Source: Rhina ancylostomus
Lineage: Eukaryota
Reading direction: 5' to 3'
Assembly: GCA_030265395.1 (NCBI GenBank)
Contig: JARFYF010000055.1
Coordinates: forward strand, 22,833,445 to 22,897,444
DNA: 64,000 nucleotides
Shown here piece by piece: positions 22,960 through 35,000 of this stretch (position 1 is its first letter; the number at the start of each line of letters is the position of its first letter). A model generated the notes under the pieces. It had not been told where the DNA came from and ran no database searches. It worked only from the letters and a program-made list of their open reading frames with translations. The position numbers and the translations under genes are program-made.

Positions 22960-23090
22960 AAACATAATGGATAGGAAAGGTTCAGAGGGCAAAATGCAAG
23001 CAAATAGGAGTAGCTCAATTAGGTAACTTGGTCATTATGGACAAGTTGGGGCAAAGGGCTGTTTTCCATGTTGTATAACTCTATGACCCT
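22960..23090 (+). mobile_element. CR1/HE1-type 3' tail
   Basis: ATGGATAGGAAAGGTTCAGAGGG..GGACAAGTTGGGGCAAAGGGCTGTTTTCCATGTTGTATAACTCTATGAC. Confidence 0.75.
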
Positions 23091-23549
23091 GTAATTCTAT
23101 AATTTTCTTTAGACTAAGTAGAAATAATCTTTTAACTTTAGATCTACGTTCTTGCTCCAGGTTCCTGTGTGATTTGTACCAGTGAAGGAGGGCTTGGGTA
23201 GGGGGCTGAAAGGCAATTATCAAAAACCTGGTACTGGTTGGCAGAAAATACTTTGATGGACTGCTCATGCAGCCAATCAAGAAACTCAGAATGTAAAGGT
23301 CATCATGGCTGCATCATCATGATCAATTTGGCCCCATCGATCACTGGAAAACCCATAAATTACATAAAGCTTTTTACTGAACAAGCATGATTTCTGTGTC
23401 TCATATAAGAGAGGAAAAAACAATAATGGTGAAACCAGGATTAATAACACAAAACAATTAAAAATTATTTTAATTATTTTAATACATACAAAGACAAGAA
23501 GCTTCCGGATTTCTGTTCTTTTTAAATTCAAGGTTGTATCACTGGGCAT

Positions 23550-23730
23550 TGACAGAAAATGCTGAAAATTTAATAGTTAATATTTCAGGTTGAAAACTCT
23601 TTGTCAGAACTCTGGGCCTTTGACTTGAAACATGAACTGTTTCTCTTTCCACAGATGCTACCTGACCTGCTGTGTTATTCCAGCATTTTCTGTTTTTAGT
23701 TCAGATTTCCAGCATCTGCAGTTTTTGATT
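23550..23730. mobile_element. Penelope-derived inverted repeat remnant
   Basis: Minus-strand hammerhead-like motif at 23575-23611 plus plus-strand CAGATGCTACCTGACCTGCTG..TTCCAGCATCTGCAG. Confidence 0.7.
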
Positions 23731-23864
23731 GTTGTTAAACAGTCATTGACTAGAAGTGTTGAGAATGGCTTAGGCTAGTCACCCAAGATTGATATTCCTT
23801 CTTAGTCCCAATGAGCTAATTTACTCTGGATTATTTTGCAAGGTAATATAATCCATTGATTTTA

Positions 23865-24225
23865 TTATAAATGATGTTTCTTAAGCAGTTGTCTGATATG
23901 GGAGGAGAGATGAAAAGATTAAAAGATGTACTCAAAGCCTCCTTGAAGAAATGCAGCCTCCCCACTGACTCCTGGGAATCTCTGCACCATGACCACTCGG
24001 AAAGGAGAAGGAGCATTCAGGATAGTATGGAGAACATTGAGGTCACATCAGGAGCACACATAGGGCCTGCATAAGTGTTGAAAGGAGCAGACCACCTTAC
24101 CAACTTTCCACCTGCCCCATCTGTGGAAGAGCCCAAGATTCCCAAGTTGTCATAAGCCACTTCAGAACCCATTAAACTCAAGAGGAAATAAGTGATCCTC
24201 GATCACAAGGGACTGCCTGAGACTG
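23865..24225 (+). mobile_element. RTE-clade LINE 3' end
   Basis: GGEMKRLKDVLKASLKKCSLPTDSWESL..DHSERRRSI matches the RTE C-terminus (GGQRKRFKDTLKASL..WESLAQDR..WR); tail GATCCTCGATCACAAGGGACTGCCTGAG. Confidence 0.85.
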
Positions 24226-24813
24226 CCAAGGGTCTTCTGATTGAGCTCTCTATTCCAACCCAACCTTCTCCTCCTCCACACGTCAAGAAAATGTTATAAG
24301 GTGAACTGTTGAAGACCAATAATATCACACTGGACAGTGACACCTTGTCAGCCCAATGATTGGTTTGCAGTGGTATCGTTGGATTTGCACATGTGTGGCT
24401 AAATGTGATAGCCTGATTTCAGCAGTATGTTGGCAGTTTATTAAAAATGTAAATCTGAGGGAGTTCTTGAACTTCATCCACAAAACATCAGAGAAAAGAG
24501 CGCTGTGCTGTTGGAAATCAGGTTAACTGGAGTATAATGATTTATATGATGTTGCCTGAATGTCAATTCATTTACTTTAACTGGTCCATCGGGAAACTTG
24601 CAACTTCATTTATTGGCTGGATTTCACTCTCTTTAGCAATTTTTTTTGTCATATTCTTAACTGTAGTGCTATGTTCAAAATTCATCTGCAGTGTTTGAAA
24701 ACAGTTCTTATTTATTCACATTACAAATGAATTTTACAACACAATGTCTCTTGAAGCTGTCCTATTTAGAGGGCTAACACCCAAACTTCAATCTTCGTCC
24801 TCACTGAATTCTC

Positions 24814-24851
24814 TGACCTCCAATGACCTCGTGTATAACCTTGTACACGTG
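24814..24851 (-). promoter_or_regulatory. Perfect DR4 nuclear-receptor element with adjacent E-box
   Basis: TGACCTccaaTGACCT at 24814-24829 (AGGTCA-ttgg-AGGTCA on minus); CACGTG at 24846-24851. Confidence 0.4.
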
Positions 24852-25097
24852 CCTGGACTGCTTTGCCCAGCGATGTCAGGGTCACTCATGTCTTCATGCC
24901 CTCAAGATGATTCCAGGCTGCAGTCTGCAATCTCTGCCATGTTGCACAGTTTGCTGTTCACCACTGCACTGGGGAGCTCAGGCAAGTTCCACACCCAAGG
25001 AGAGGAAACTAAATATTCTTGTCCTTCAACCTAATGGAGCAAGCAGTACTGGCACGGCAGTTTGTTTATTTTGCGCACTTCCCCATGGAGCAGGAAT

Positions 25098-25622
25098 TAG
25101 AACATGGAACACAGAACAGTACAGCACAGGAACAGGCCCTTCTGTCCACAATGTTGTACCGAACTATTTAAACTAGTTATTAAATGCCTGACTAAACTAA
25201 TCCCTTCTCCCTTCAAGGTCCATATCCCTCCATTCTTTACACAAGAGCCTCTGAAACAACTTTATCATATTTGCCTCCACTACACCACTAGCAGTGCATT
25301 CCAGGCACCCAACACTCTCTGTAAAAAAATAACTTGACCTGCACATCATCTTTGAACTTATCCCATCTCACCTTAAATGCATTGTCCTCTAGTATTAGAC
25401 ATTTCAACCCTGGGAAAAAGATACCAATTGTCTATCTCTGCCCCTCATAATCTTATAAACTTCTATCAGGTCTCCCCTTAGCCTCCTTATAGCACATGCT
25501 CTCTAATCCAGGCAGCATCCTGGTAAACCTCTCTGCACCCTCTCCAAAGCCTCCACATCCTTTCTATAATGGGTTGACCAGAATTAAATGCAATACTCCA
25601 GATGCAGCCCCACCAGAGTTTT
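25098..25622 (-). mobile_element. CR1 LINE 3' fragment
   Basis: GAACATGGAACACAGAACAGTACAGCACAGGAACAGGCCCT tail; internal GACCAGAATTAAATGCAATACTCCAGATG reads HLEYCI.FWS on minus. Confidence 0.85.
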
Positions 25623-26404
25623 GTCATTCATAGACTATAGTCATGTCCTGATGGAGACCACCCTAGCCTTCCTCAAAGCCTTGCAGCAACTCTGAAGTCT
25701 ATGCATCCCCCCCAATCCCTCTTTCCACCCCCTCCCCCATAAAGAAATAACTTCTTGTGGCCTTGTGATCACTACTCAGTCTGTTCAGGTTCCTCTAACC
25801 CTCCCTCACTCCCCACCCACCCACAACCAGAAGTATTGACCTATGTCCTCCATTATTGCAGCATCTATTCATTGGTCACAATCCCCTGAACTTAGAAGAG
25901 TGTTCTTTCTACAGTGGTTTGTTCCTTTAAGAGCTTCTGGATAGCTCACGCCTGGTGTGTTATATTATAACAGCTGCAAGAACTTGCAACACATCAGGAA
26001 TGCCATGATGAAAGAGGCAATCAGTTTCAGGTACACAGGAAAACCTGACAACACCGCTCTGGGAAGCTCACAAATGAAGTTCTCACTCTTTATGTAACTT
26101 TCACACAGGGTGAACCACAATCATGTTCCATGTCAAAAATGGATGGAGGAATTTCTAGCCCCTTTTGAGATAATTAGGTGGTTAATCACAACCTAAAGTC
26201 TTGCTTTAACTGAAAAGGTTGCACAACAAATGTAGCATCATTTTCCTAGAAGTGCAAAGTATGGGTGTGGGAATGACTCAACGTGTTCAAGTCTGCAGTG
26301 CTAACACATTGATATCCACCCTCTGCTGTCAATATTTCAAATGTGTCAAGTGAGGAGGAACTTAAATTGCAGAAAAGCTGAAGAACGAATGAGAGTAATT
26401 ATAG

Positions 26405-26990
26405 CATGGCAGTGGCACACCAGTCAAGTGAGGGACTAGTTACCTAGAAATGCTGGGCTAACCATCCAGAGATAGTGGTTCAAATCCAGCCATCCCAGTG
26501 ATGAAAATTAACATCAGTTAATAAACTATATGTTAAAATATACTGGTCTCAGTAATAATGAGCACAAATCCACTGGATTGTCATAAAAAACCCATCTGGT
26601 TTTATAATGGGCGTCACAGTAGCACAGCAGTTAGGGTTCCAGTGATCCAGGTTCGATCCCAACCTCAAGTGCTGTCCATCTGACTGTGGATTTCCTCCAA
26701 GTGCTCTAGTTTGCTCCCACATCCCAAAGGTGTGCTGCTGGATTATTTGGGCACTGTAAATTGCCCTAGTGTAGGTGAGAATTAGGGGGAGTTGGTGGGC
26801 ATGTGTAAGAGAGAAGAAAGAAAGAGAGGGCATTGGGCTATACTAAGAGCTAGTATAAATTGATGGCCTGAATAGCTTCCTATCTTATATGAGAAATGAA
26901 AATAATGCCCTTCAAAGAAGGAAATCTGCCATCCTACTTCATCTGGCATATGGTTCAATGAGGTGTAAAGAGCATGGTCTTAACTCCTGT
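26405..26990 (+). mobile_element. Old tRNA-SINE interrupted by a V-SINE (26610-26901) with 6-bp TSD ATAATG
   Basis: Host: GGTTCAAATCC B-box, then AAAAAACCCATCTGGTT resuming as CCCTTCAAAGAAGGAAATCTGCCATCCT; insert: GGTTCGATCCC B-box plus V-domain; ATAATG at 26604-26609 and 26902-26907. Confidence 0.75.
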
Positions 26991-27654
26991 AGCCATGGTA
27001 CACAAGGATCGATCAGCGGGCAAGCCATATCTAAAAATGAGGCAACAACTGGTGAAGTTCCAAGGAGGGCTAGGTGCATGCTAAACAGCTGAGGCAGTAA
27101 GCAATAGACAGAGCTGAGGGATCCTACAACGAAAGGATCAGATCGGAGCTCGCCAGTCCTGCCACATCTAGTCATGAGCAGTGGCAGATAATTAAGCAGC
27201 TGATGAGAGGAGATGCCTCCAAGAAAATCCCCAGCTTCTGAGTTGGCAGGTCTGTGTGTTAATGCTGAAGACAAGGCTGAAACATCTGCGAGCATGCCCA
27301 GCGTGGAGGGTGGGCATTCCATCTCTGCTTCACCCTGAGACCCCCATCACAAAGGCCAGTCTTCAGCCAGTTACGCACACAGACCAAGGCCTGCCAAACC
27401 TAACGTACTGAATGCCTTGTAAGTTATCGGTATTGGAGTATCTGCCCCCGAGGACTTAGAAAATAACTCCCACAAATTTCCATGAAGTGTCACTTCAATG
27501 TGTGACACTTCAAAGCTTTGATGTGTTCTCAGATCTCCATATTTAACACTTCATATGCAAGTTATATAACACTTAATTTGAAAGTATCATTTATTGCCCA
27601 AGGTAGGAAGAACCACAACAAAAAGAATATGATCTGGTCTACGTCAGACATCTC

Positions 27655-28150
27655 AAAGTCAAATTCGAGTTTATTATTATATGCGCAAGTGCATGTATGC
27701 ACAGATGCAATGAAAAACTTACTTGCAGCAAGTATCACAGGTACAGAGCATTAGAGACACAACATTCACAAGAAAAACATAAATTAAACATAAATTATAT
27801 ATTATTTTTACAAGAAAGGACACAATTAGAACAAAAAAAACAAAGTCCATTGTAGTGCATTGTGATTAAAATGGTTATAGTGTTGCTATACTGAGGTAGT
27901 GATTAGGATTGTGCCAGTCGGTTCAAGAACCAAATAGTTGAAGGGAAGTAGCTGTCCTTGACCCTAGTGATGTGGGACTTTAGGCTCCTGTACCTCCTGC
28001 CTGATGGTAGCTGTGAGAAGATGGCATGGCCTGGATGGTGAGGATCTTTGATGACAGATGTTGCTTTCTTGAGGCACTGCCTCATGTAGGTACTATCAAT
28101 GGTGGGGAGGGATGTTCCTGTGATGTATTGGGCCAAGCCTACGACTCTCT
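27655..28150 (-). mobile_element. Rex1/Babar LINE 3' end
   Basis: VVGLAQYITGTSLPTIDSTYMRQCLKKATSVIKDPHHPGHAIFSQLPSGRRYRSLKSHITRVKDSYFPSTIWFLN is a typical Rex1/Babar ORF C-terminus. Confidence 0.9.
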
Positions 28151-31100
28151 CCCACTTAGAGTCATAGCAATGTACAGCATGAAAGCAGGCCTTTCGGCCC
28201 ATCGAGCCTGCTCTGACTATCAAGCTCCCAATTTTGGTTCTCCCCACATTGCCATCCACCCCACCCCCACCCCNNNNNNNNNNNNNNNNNNNNNNNNNNN
28301 NNNNNNNNNNNNNNNNNNNNNNNNNNNNNNNNNNNNNNNNNNNNNNNNNNNNNNNNNNNNNNNNNNNNNNNNNCTGATCTCCAAGGCAAGATTCCTTCCA
28401 GTTACTGCCTGTGTTTGTCCTGAGGAAGTACCCTGACTCCAGTCTTGTATAGTGTGCCGCGTTTGGGTTCTCTGTGAATTTGCCCTGGATCAACATTGTG
28501 ACACACAGGAAGGAATGTGGCGGCAACCCACTGGAGGTCGGGATTGAACCTGGCTCACCAGAGCTCTAACTGCTGTGCCAATGAGCTACCTCTAGATAAA
28601 AATCTGAATTTTTCATCAAAAGGATAAATTGGCAGGGAAGTAAAAGTGAAAGAACCTGGAACAGCTTGATCAGACTCTTAAAACAGTAAAGTGCTTGATA
28701 TCCAAGTTGTTCTGCACAAACAGTTAGCCATACAGAACTATAATAGTTGTGAACGTTGCAGTTATTTACAAATGGGCTCTATAGTATGCCGGAGCTGTTG
28801 CATTGAAGTTGTGGGTTGCCTTCCTATGTGCTGTGTGTTTCCCCAAAGTTTCTGCAGCATGGGGTAAAGTGGGAATGAAAGTTCTATTAGTTCTAGACAT
28901 TCAGACCTTGTGTCCTTCTGCACTCACTCACCCCACTTCAGAATTCATATGAACAAAGGGTCCTGTTCCCCCTCTCAGCAGTCTGGAAAGCTGTTTTTTT
29001 GATTTGAGGAAAGGTTTACTTGTGATCATTCAGAGGAATGTTCTTACTTTTTTCCCACGTTTTCTATCTTATGCAATGAATATTTTTTCCCTTAACTATT
29101 TCCATTAAATACCTTCAATTCTCTTTTCTTCAAGCATTTTACAGTTTTAGTCATCTATCTAGCTCAGCAGTCATAGTGCTATATGTTGCATATCAATGTC
29201 ATCTAACTATTACAACCAAACCCTTTCCGATAGTTTTCATTTTACAGAATTGTGCTTTATTTTTAAACCTCCCAGAAGTTGATTTTGTAAAATATCTCCA
29301 CTACTAACACTGAAAGGTTTAAGGATGATTGTAAAGTTTAGCAGTGAGTCAACCTTTCTAGTGGATTCTATAGTGATGGAAGCCTTTATTCAAGAAGGAA
29401 TCAATAAATTAAAGTGACAGCATTTCACTGCCATTGGGCAGCAACATCACCCACATCATATTGCTGGTGAAAGCCCAGCAACATCTATAGAGAAGGAACA
29501 TTTCTGTAAACAGGAACCAGNNNNNNNNNNNNNNNNNATACAATGCAACTCGACATTTCTGTTTACCAAGGCCACCTTACACAACAAATCGATTCTAAGT
29601 CATAACGACATAAAAATTAATCATGGCACAGTAATTATCTAGAAATGGCATAAATCAGATATAGCTTCTTTTAAAGCAAATATTATATTCATATAGTTGC
29701 AAATTTGCAATTGTTTAAAAGTACGTCAAGGTTTTGTTTTCCCTTTGTTTATGAAAAGAAACTACATCTTTAAAATGTTTAACATTGTAATTATTTTGAA
29801 TGTGGGCCTGTTGGTGTTAGATAAGCAGTAACAACAGCTGAATATTATCAGCAGCTTCTGTAGTAAATTTTCTAATCATTTGTGCTTTTGACTGCATAAT
29901 ATTGGTGGATGAGGAAAAATCTTTTTAATTCACCCATTCAGAACAAGCACATATTCCTCCTTTAATCTTCTTAAGTGATTCTGAAACTTTTGCTTCCATC
30001 ATTCTACTTGTTAGTCTGTTCACTCTGTGCAAAGAAACTGATGTTAATCCTTTTGTAATTTGAACCAAATCCTTTTGTTCCTTTCCTACTTTAAGACAGT
30101 GTCCCATACCATGTTTTCCATAATATGCATTACTATACATGCGTCTTTCAGATCTCCTCTCAGACATTTTGTTAGCAGGCAGAAAAGTCCAAGAAGCTCT
30201 TCCCTGCATTGGCTCCTGTGCTTAGATCATAGAAATTTTCACCGCAGAGAGAGATCATCAGTCCATTGAGCCCACAGCAATGGAGAAAGAGTAGCCTTCC
30301 TAATCCCAGCTCTGATCCATCACCGTGCTAATTATAGCACAGCAAGTACTTTTTAAATGCAACTAACTGCATGCACCATCCCTCTCGGGAAGTGAACTCC
30401 AAATCCCTTCCTCCTGCTCCCTCCCTCTTAAAAATATGTACCTCAGTTGAAAAAGTAAATAATATCTTGTTTTCTCCTCTGTCACCAGAACTGGACACTA
30501 CTTAAGTTATGCCCTGATCATTCTCAGATTCCCATACAAATAATCATACTCTGTATCAATTGTATGTATGACAATTCACCACTGAACAGTAGAAATAGAA
30601 CATTTTCATCTTTGTCTGAGAGAATGCAATATTGCTTTTAGGGCATTAACATGGAAACAGTGGTCACTTTAATATATTTGATGATTTGTTCAACGGTATT
30701 TAACAATGATAGAACCTTGTGATTGGTAGCTGAATCAGTAATACATAATTGCAAAGTCATGCAATAATCTGCTTCCAGAAAAATACACTTGATCAAAATT
30801 AATGTTTTAAATAATTCAAAGTAAATATCAGCATGGGACTGATGCAAACCAAATTTCCACCAATGACCCTCCAGTAACTAAGAGTGGATTCATGGTAATC
30901 CTAGAGGCTGATAAAACATTTTACATTGAGGGGTAATGACAAATGGCACAATATATTCAAACTGGTGGATCTATGCACCATATTTTCACATTGACAACTT
31001 TCAAATGGATTTTATGGAAATACTACTCAGACCAATTTTTAGGAGTCACATCCCTGGTTATGGTGACATGTGTTTTATTAATAATTGGAATTGTGTGCAG

Positions 31101-31799
31101 CTGCTGAAATGGCAAAACCCCAAATGACCATTTCTCCCTTTCACACCAGAACAGGGTCCAAAAGATGGATTCTTTGCCCTTTGGGAGCTCCCATTGACCA
31201 TTATCCTCAGTGACTTGTGTAAGTGACTGAAGGAGCAAACAACAAACGCATTGCCTGAGCCTCTGCTTCTCTCTGAAATGAGCCAGAAACTACATTCACA
31301 ACCAGATTTGGAAATGTAGAAGCAATTAAATTATTTACTAGATACTCCCAGCTGGTATTTACCTCTGTTTGAGGAGTCTATTCTCCCAGATTTCAACTGT
31401 TGAATATTAACAAGAGGAAATAATCCACAATTTTGGGATTATATTAACTGAATTCTCTCTCATATCTCAGTCACAATGTAGCTTATGCCTTACAGTTCTA
31501 CAGCACAGCAGAGTGCTTTCCAAACAATTTGAGAATGGAGGCTAGTATAAAGATCTAATCTTTTTAATAAACAACTGTTAATGTTCGCTCTTCTTAAAAA
31601 TATAAACACTGAGAGGACTTATGTATGTTGAGAGTGTATCCCTAAATGATTTAATATTTAGAGCTACCACATTATGAAGTATAGAGATNNNNNNNNNNNN
31701 NNNNNNNNNNNNNNNNNNNNNNNNNNNNNNNNNNNNNNNNNNNNNNNNNNNNNNNNNNNNNNNNNNNNNNNNNNNNNNNNNNNNNNNNGGAGAATGGGG

Positions 31800-32410
31800 C
31801 CACTGTGTGGAGGGGCGAGGTTCATTCACCTCCACCACATGTCATTGATTGTGCTCGACTCAACCATCTTCAGCTGCTTCAAGAAGTGACCTTCCTCCCA
31901 TCATAAGGCCAGAAGTGGGGATGTTTGTGAATGATCGTGCAATGTTCAATTCCATTTTCAATTCCAATAACAAATGAAGTAGTCTGTGCCTACAAGCGTA
32001 CACCAAGATCCAGATAACGTTTACTAACATTCACACCTCATGAGTTCCAAGTAGTGAGTACCTCCAGAAAGGGAGTGTCCAGCCACTTACCCTTGAGATT
32101 CAATGACATCACCATGACTCAACACGCTTCTCCTCTCCCTCCAACCCCTCCCAAACCCCCACCATCCACAATGGTCACCACTGACTCCAGGCTGAACTAG
32201 ATTAGCCACAGTAATACAGTGAAATACACTAACACAGCTACAAGAGTAGGTCAGGCTAGGTATACTGTGGCAAGAATTTCACCTCCTGGTGAAATCCTTT
32301 CCACTACCTACAAGGGACATCAGGAATGTGATGGCATATTCACCACTTGCCAGGATGTGTGAAACTCCAGCTGTACTGAAGAGGTTTGACACCATCTAGA
32401 ACAAAGCAAT
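31800..32410 (+). mobile_element. Decayed LINE reverse transcriptase (CR1/L2-group)
   Basis: TIFSCF..DLPPIIRPEVGMFVNDRAMF resembles the RT LGPxxFxxFINDL...FADD region. Confidence 0.65.
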
Positions 32411-32416
32411 TTGCTT

Positions 32417-32582
32417 GAGAAATAAAGGACTGCAGATGCTGGAATCTAGATGAAAAACACTATGATGCTGGAGGAAGTCAGCAGGCCAGGCAGCATCCGT
32501 GGACAAAATGTTGACTGCCTGCTTTTCTCCATGAATGTTGCCTGGCCTGCTGAGTTCCTCCAGCATCATAGTGTTTTTCATT
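32417..32582. mobile_element. Young palindromic Penelope-derived element
   Basis: About 54-bp near-perfect inverted arms: ATGAAAAACACTATGATGCTGGAGGAAGTCAGCAGGCCAGGCAGCAT versus ATGTTGCCTGGCCTGCTGAGTTCCTCCAGCATCATAGTGTTTTTCAT. Confidence 0.85.
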
Positions 32583-33239
32583 CTTAACCTTGCCTGGTTG
32601 AAAACATGTTAAGCACAAGAAAGAACCCACAACAGTGCTATTTAAAGGGATTGTTCAATATTTACAGGTTCGCTATTAATTAATTTCTTCTGACTGTTGT
32701 TCCAATTTTACAAGTCTTTTTGTGTTTTAAGTAGATTTTTGCTAATTTCGGATCTTCTGTGGAATACTGTTCCTTGTGGATACATTCTGACTGGAGGAAT
32801 TAGTAGAGGGGACACAGAGCTGGAAGGTTTCCCGGAAGAGGAGGCGAGGTGGTAAAAGGTCTCTTAGAAGGAGGCCACATCCTGCCTGGATATTCAGGAG
32901 GCAGATCTCCTACGTAAATATTGGTGAGAACAATGTCTGAGGCATCTATACCTCAGTAAGTTTGTCCTCCCTGAACCCTGCTATCAGCCACAACAGCCCA
33001 ACAGCAGAGCAAGGAACATATCTTCAGTGTCAAGGTGACCATACCAATGAACCTTTAAGCAATAAATAACTTTGAGTTCAAATTTACTTTACATTTCAAC
33101 AGTGATTTCCTTAAGGAGATTCAAGATGCTGACTATTCAACAAATAATTTTGTTTTCATTTGTCCAGAACCAGTGGGCAGAGGGAACTTCTTCAAATGGG
33201 TTCTTTGCAACAGAATTCATGCATAGTCTCAAGAATTAG

Positions 33240-34115
33240 AGAATCAGAATCAGGATCAGGATCAGATGTATTATGAGTGAGATATATACGTGAAATTTGT
33301 TCTGCAGCAGCAGTACAGCGCAAGGATATAAAATTGCTATAAATTACAAAAATAAATAAATCATGCAAAAAACAGAATAATGAGGTAGAGTCCATGGTCA
33401 TGGGTCATTCAGAATTCTGATGGCAGAGGAGAAGAAGCTATTCCTGAATTGTTGAAAGTAGGTCTTCAGACTTCTGTACCTCCTCCTTGATGGTAGTAAC
33501 GAGAAGAGGGCATGTCCTGGATGGTGGGGCCCTTGATGCCACCTTCTTGGGGCACCTCCTCTCGAAGATGTCCTCAATGGTGGGGAGGGTTGTGCCCATG
33601 ATGGAGCTGGCAGAGTCTACCACCCTCTGCAGCCTCTTGCGATCCTGTGCATTGGAGCCTCCATACCAGACGGAGATGCAACCAGTCAGAATGCTCTCCA
33701 CCACACATCTATAGAAATTTGTAAGAGTCTTTGATGATTTACCAAATCACCTCAAACTCCTAATGAAGTAGAGCTGCTGGTGTGACTTATTTGTGATTGC
33801 ATCAATATGTGGGGCCCAGGATAGGTTGTCTGAGATATTGACTCCCAGGAACCTGAAGCTGCTCACCCTTTCCACTGCTGACCCTTCAATGAGGACTGGT
33901 GTGTGTTCTCCCCACCTCCCCTTCCTGAAATCCACAATCATTTCCTCGGTCTTGCTGATGTTGAGTGCGAGGTTATGTTGCAACACCACTCAACCAGCCA
34001 ATCTAACTCATTCCAGTGCACCTCTTCGTCACCATCTGAGTTTCTACCGATAATGGTGGTGTTATCAGCAAATTTATGGACGGCATTTGAGCTGTGCTCA
34101 ACCACGCAGTCATGA
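33240..34115 (-). mobile_element. Rex1/Babar LINE (RT end plus DUF1891-like region), frameshifted
   Basis: HNLALNISKTEEMIVDFRK..VERVSSFRFLGVNISDNLSW..HIDAITNKSHQQLYFIRSLR and VESILTGCISVWYGGSNAQDRKRLQRVV; (CTGATC/T)n tail. Confidence 0.9.
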
Positions 34116-34239
34116 GTGGAGAGCCAGTGAATTGCAGCAGGTCTAGGTCCTTGCTCAGACCATATCCAACCTCCTGAAGCACTTCATTACTGTAGAAGCT
34201 GGCACCTGCACCATTCTTTGCCCTGCTTGGGCTGCAGGC

Positions 34240-35000
34240 CACTCATGTCCGGTGTCTCTCCACGTGTAAATGTGGCCTCTTTTCTACCATCTCTGTCTTG
34301 CGCAGCGTCAGTATCCAAGAGAGTGAAATTGAATGATGGCATGAGTTCATCATTGATGTTCCACCATTGGCTGGACAGGTTGAAGTTCTTGGGTATCTGA
34401 AATGAAAAAGGAGCAAGGGCAAGTCTGTGGTGTGTAGAGAAGGAAAGTAAGAGGTTCTTGCTTGCATACTTACTGCTTATCACTCGGAAGGAAGTGTGGG
34501 ATGAGAAAGTAATAGGTGGATGATGGTGTTGCTACTATCATCTTCCATAGTTTCAGTCCCATGACTGGTCTTGGTCACAGTACCATCATCCTAATAATAG
34601 GTATCACCTCCTATCACTTCCATGAGGACATGCAGTTTCCTTTACCAGGGTGTGAACACTAATTTGAAGGCAGGTATTTATTGCCCATCCCTAACTGCCC
34701 TTGAGAAGTGGTAGTGAATGATCTTCCTTATCCACCTCCTAGTAGTCCTTGCCACCTTGTTCAGTAAGGGAGAGGGAGTATTGTTGGTGACTGCTTCACA
34801 GTTTGACGGGTGATGTGACTCTCGTGGTTGAATAGGCGGCTGTGATGTGGATGTGGAATTGCAGCAAACGTGGCGGAGCATTTGAATGCTGGATATAAGT
34901 TCAGCCATTGTTGGTCGGTGAGTGATGGGCAGTGTGCTGAATGCAGCATTGTCAGTGGTACAGTTACCAGACTATCATACTTCCACTAACCTCACCAACC
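34240..35000 (-). mobile_element. Mixed decayed LINE fragments (APE-like and 3' end)
   Basis: KNFNLSSQWW...ATFTRG resembles APE GDFN..H..W...PTRG; ATTTATTGCCCATCCCTAACTGCCCTTGAGAAG is shared with ~37885. Confidence 0.4.

Noticed and set aside
32736-32855. Short plus frame ending GFPEEEARW*, resembling the TRAF-binding FPEEE of 4-1BB/GITR
   Set aside because: Five-residue match only; no cysteine-rich TNFR or TM exons found on that strand.
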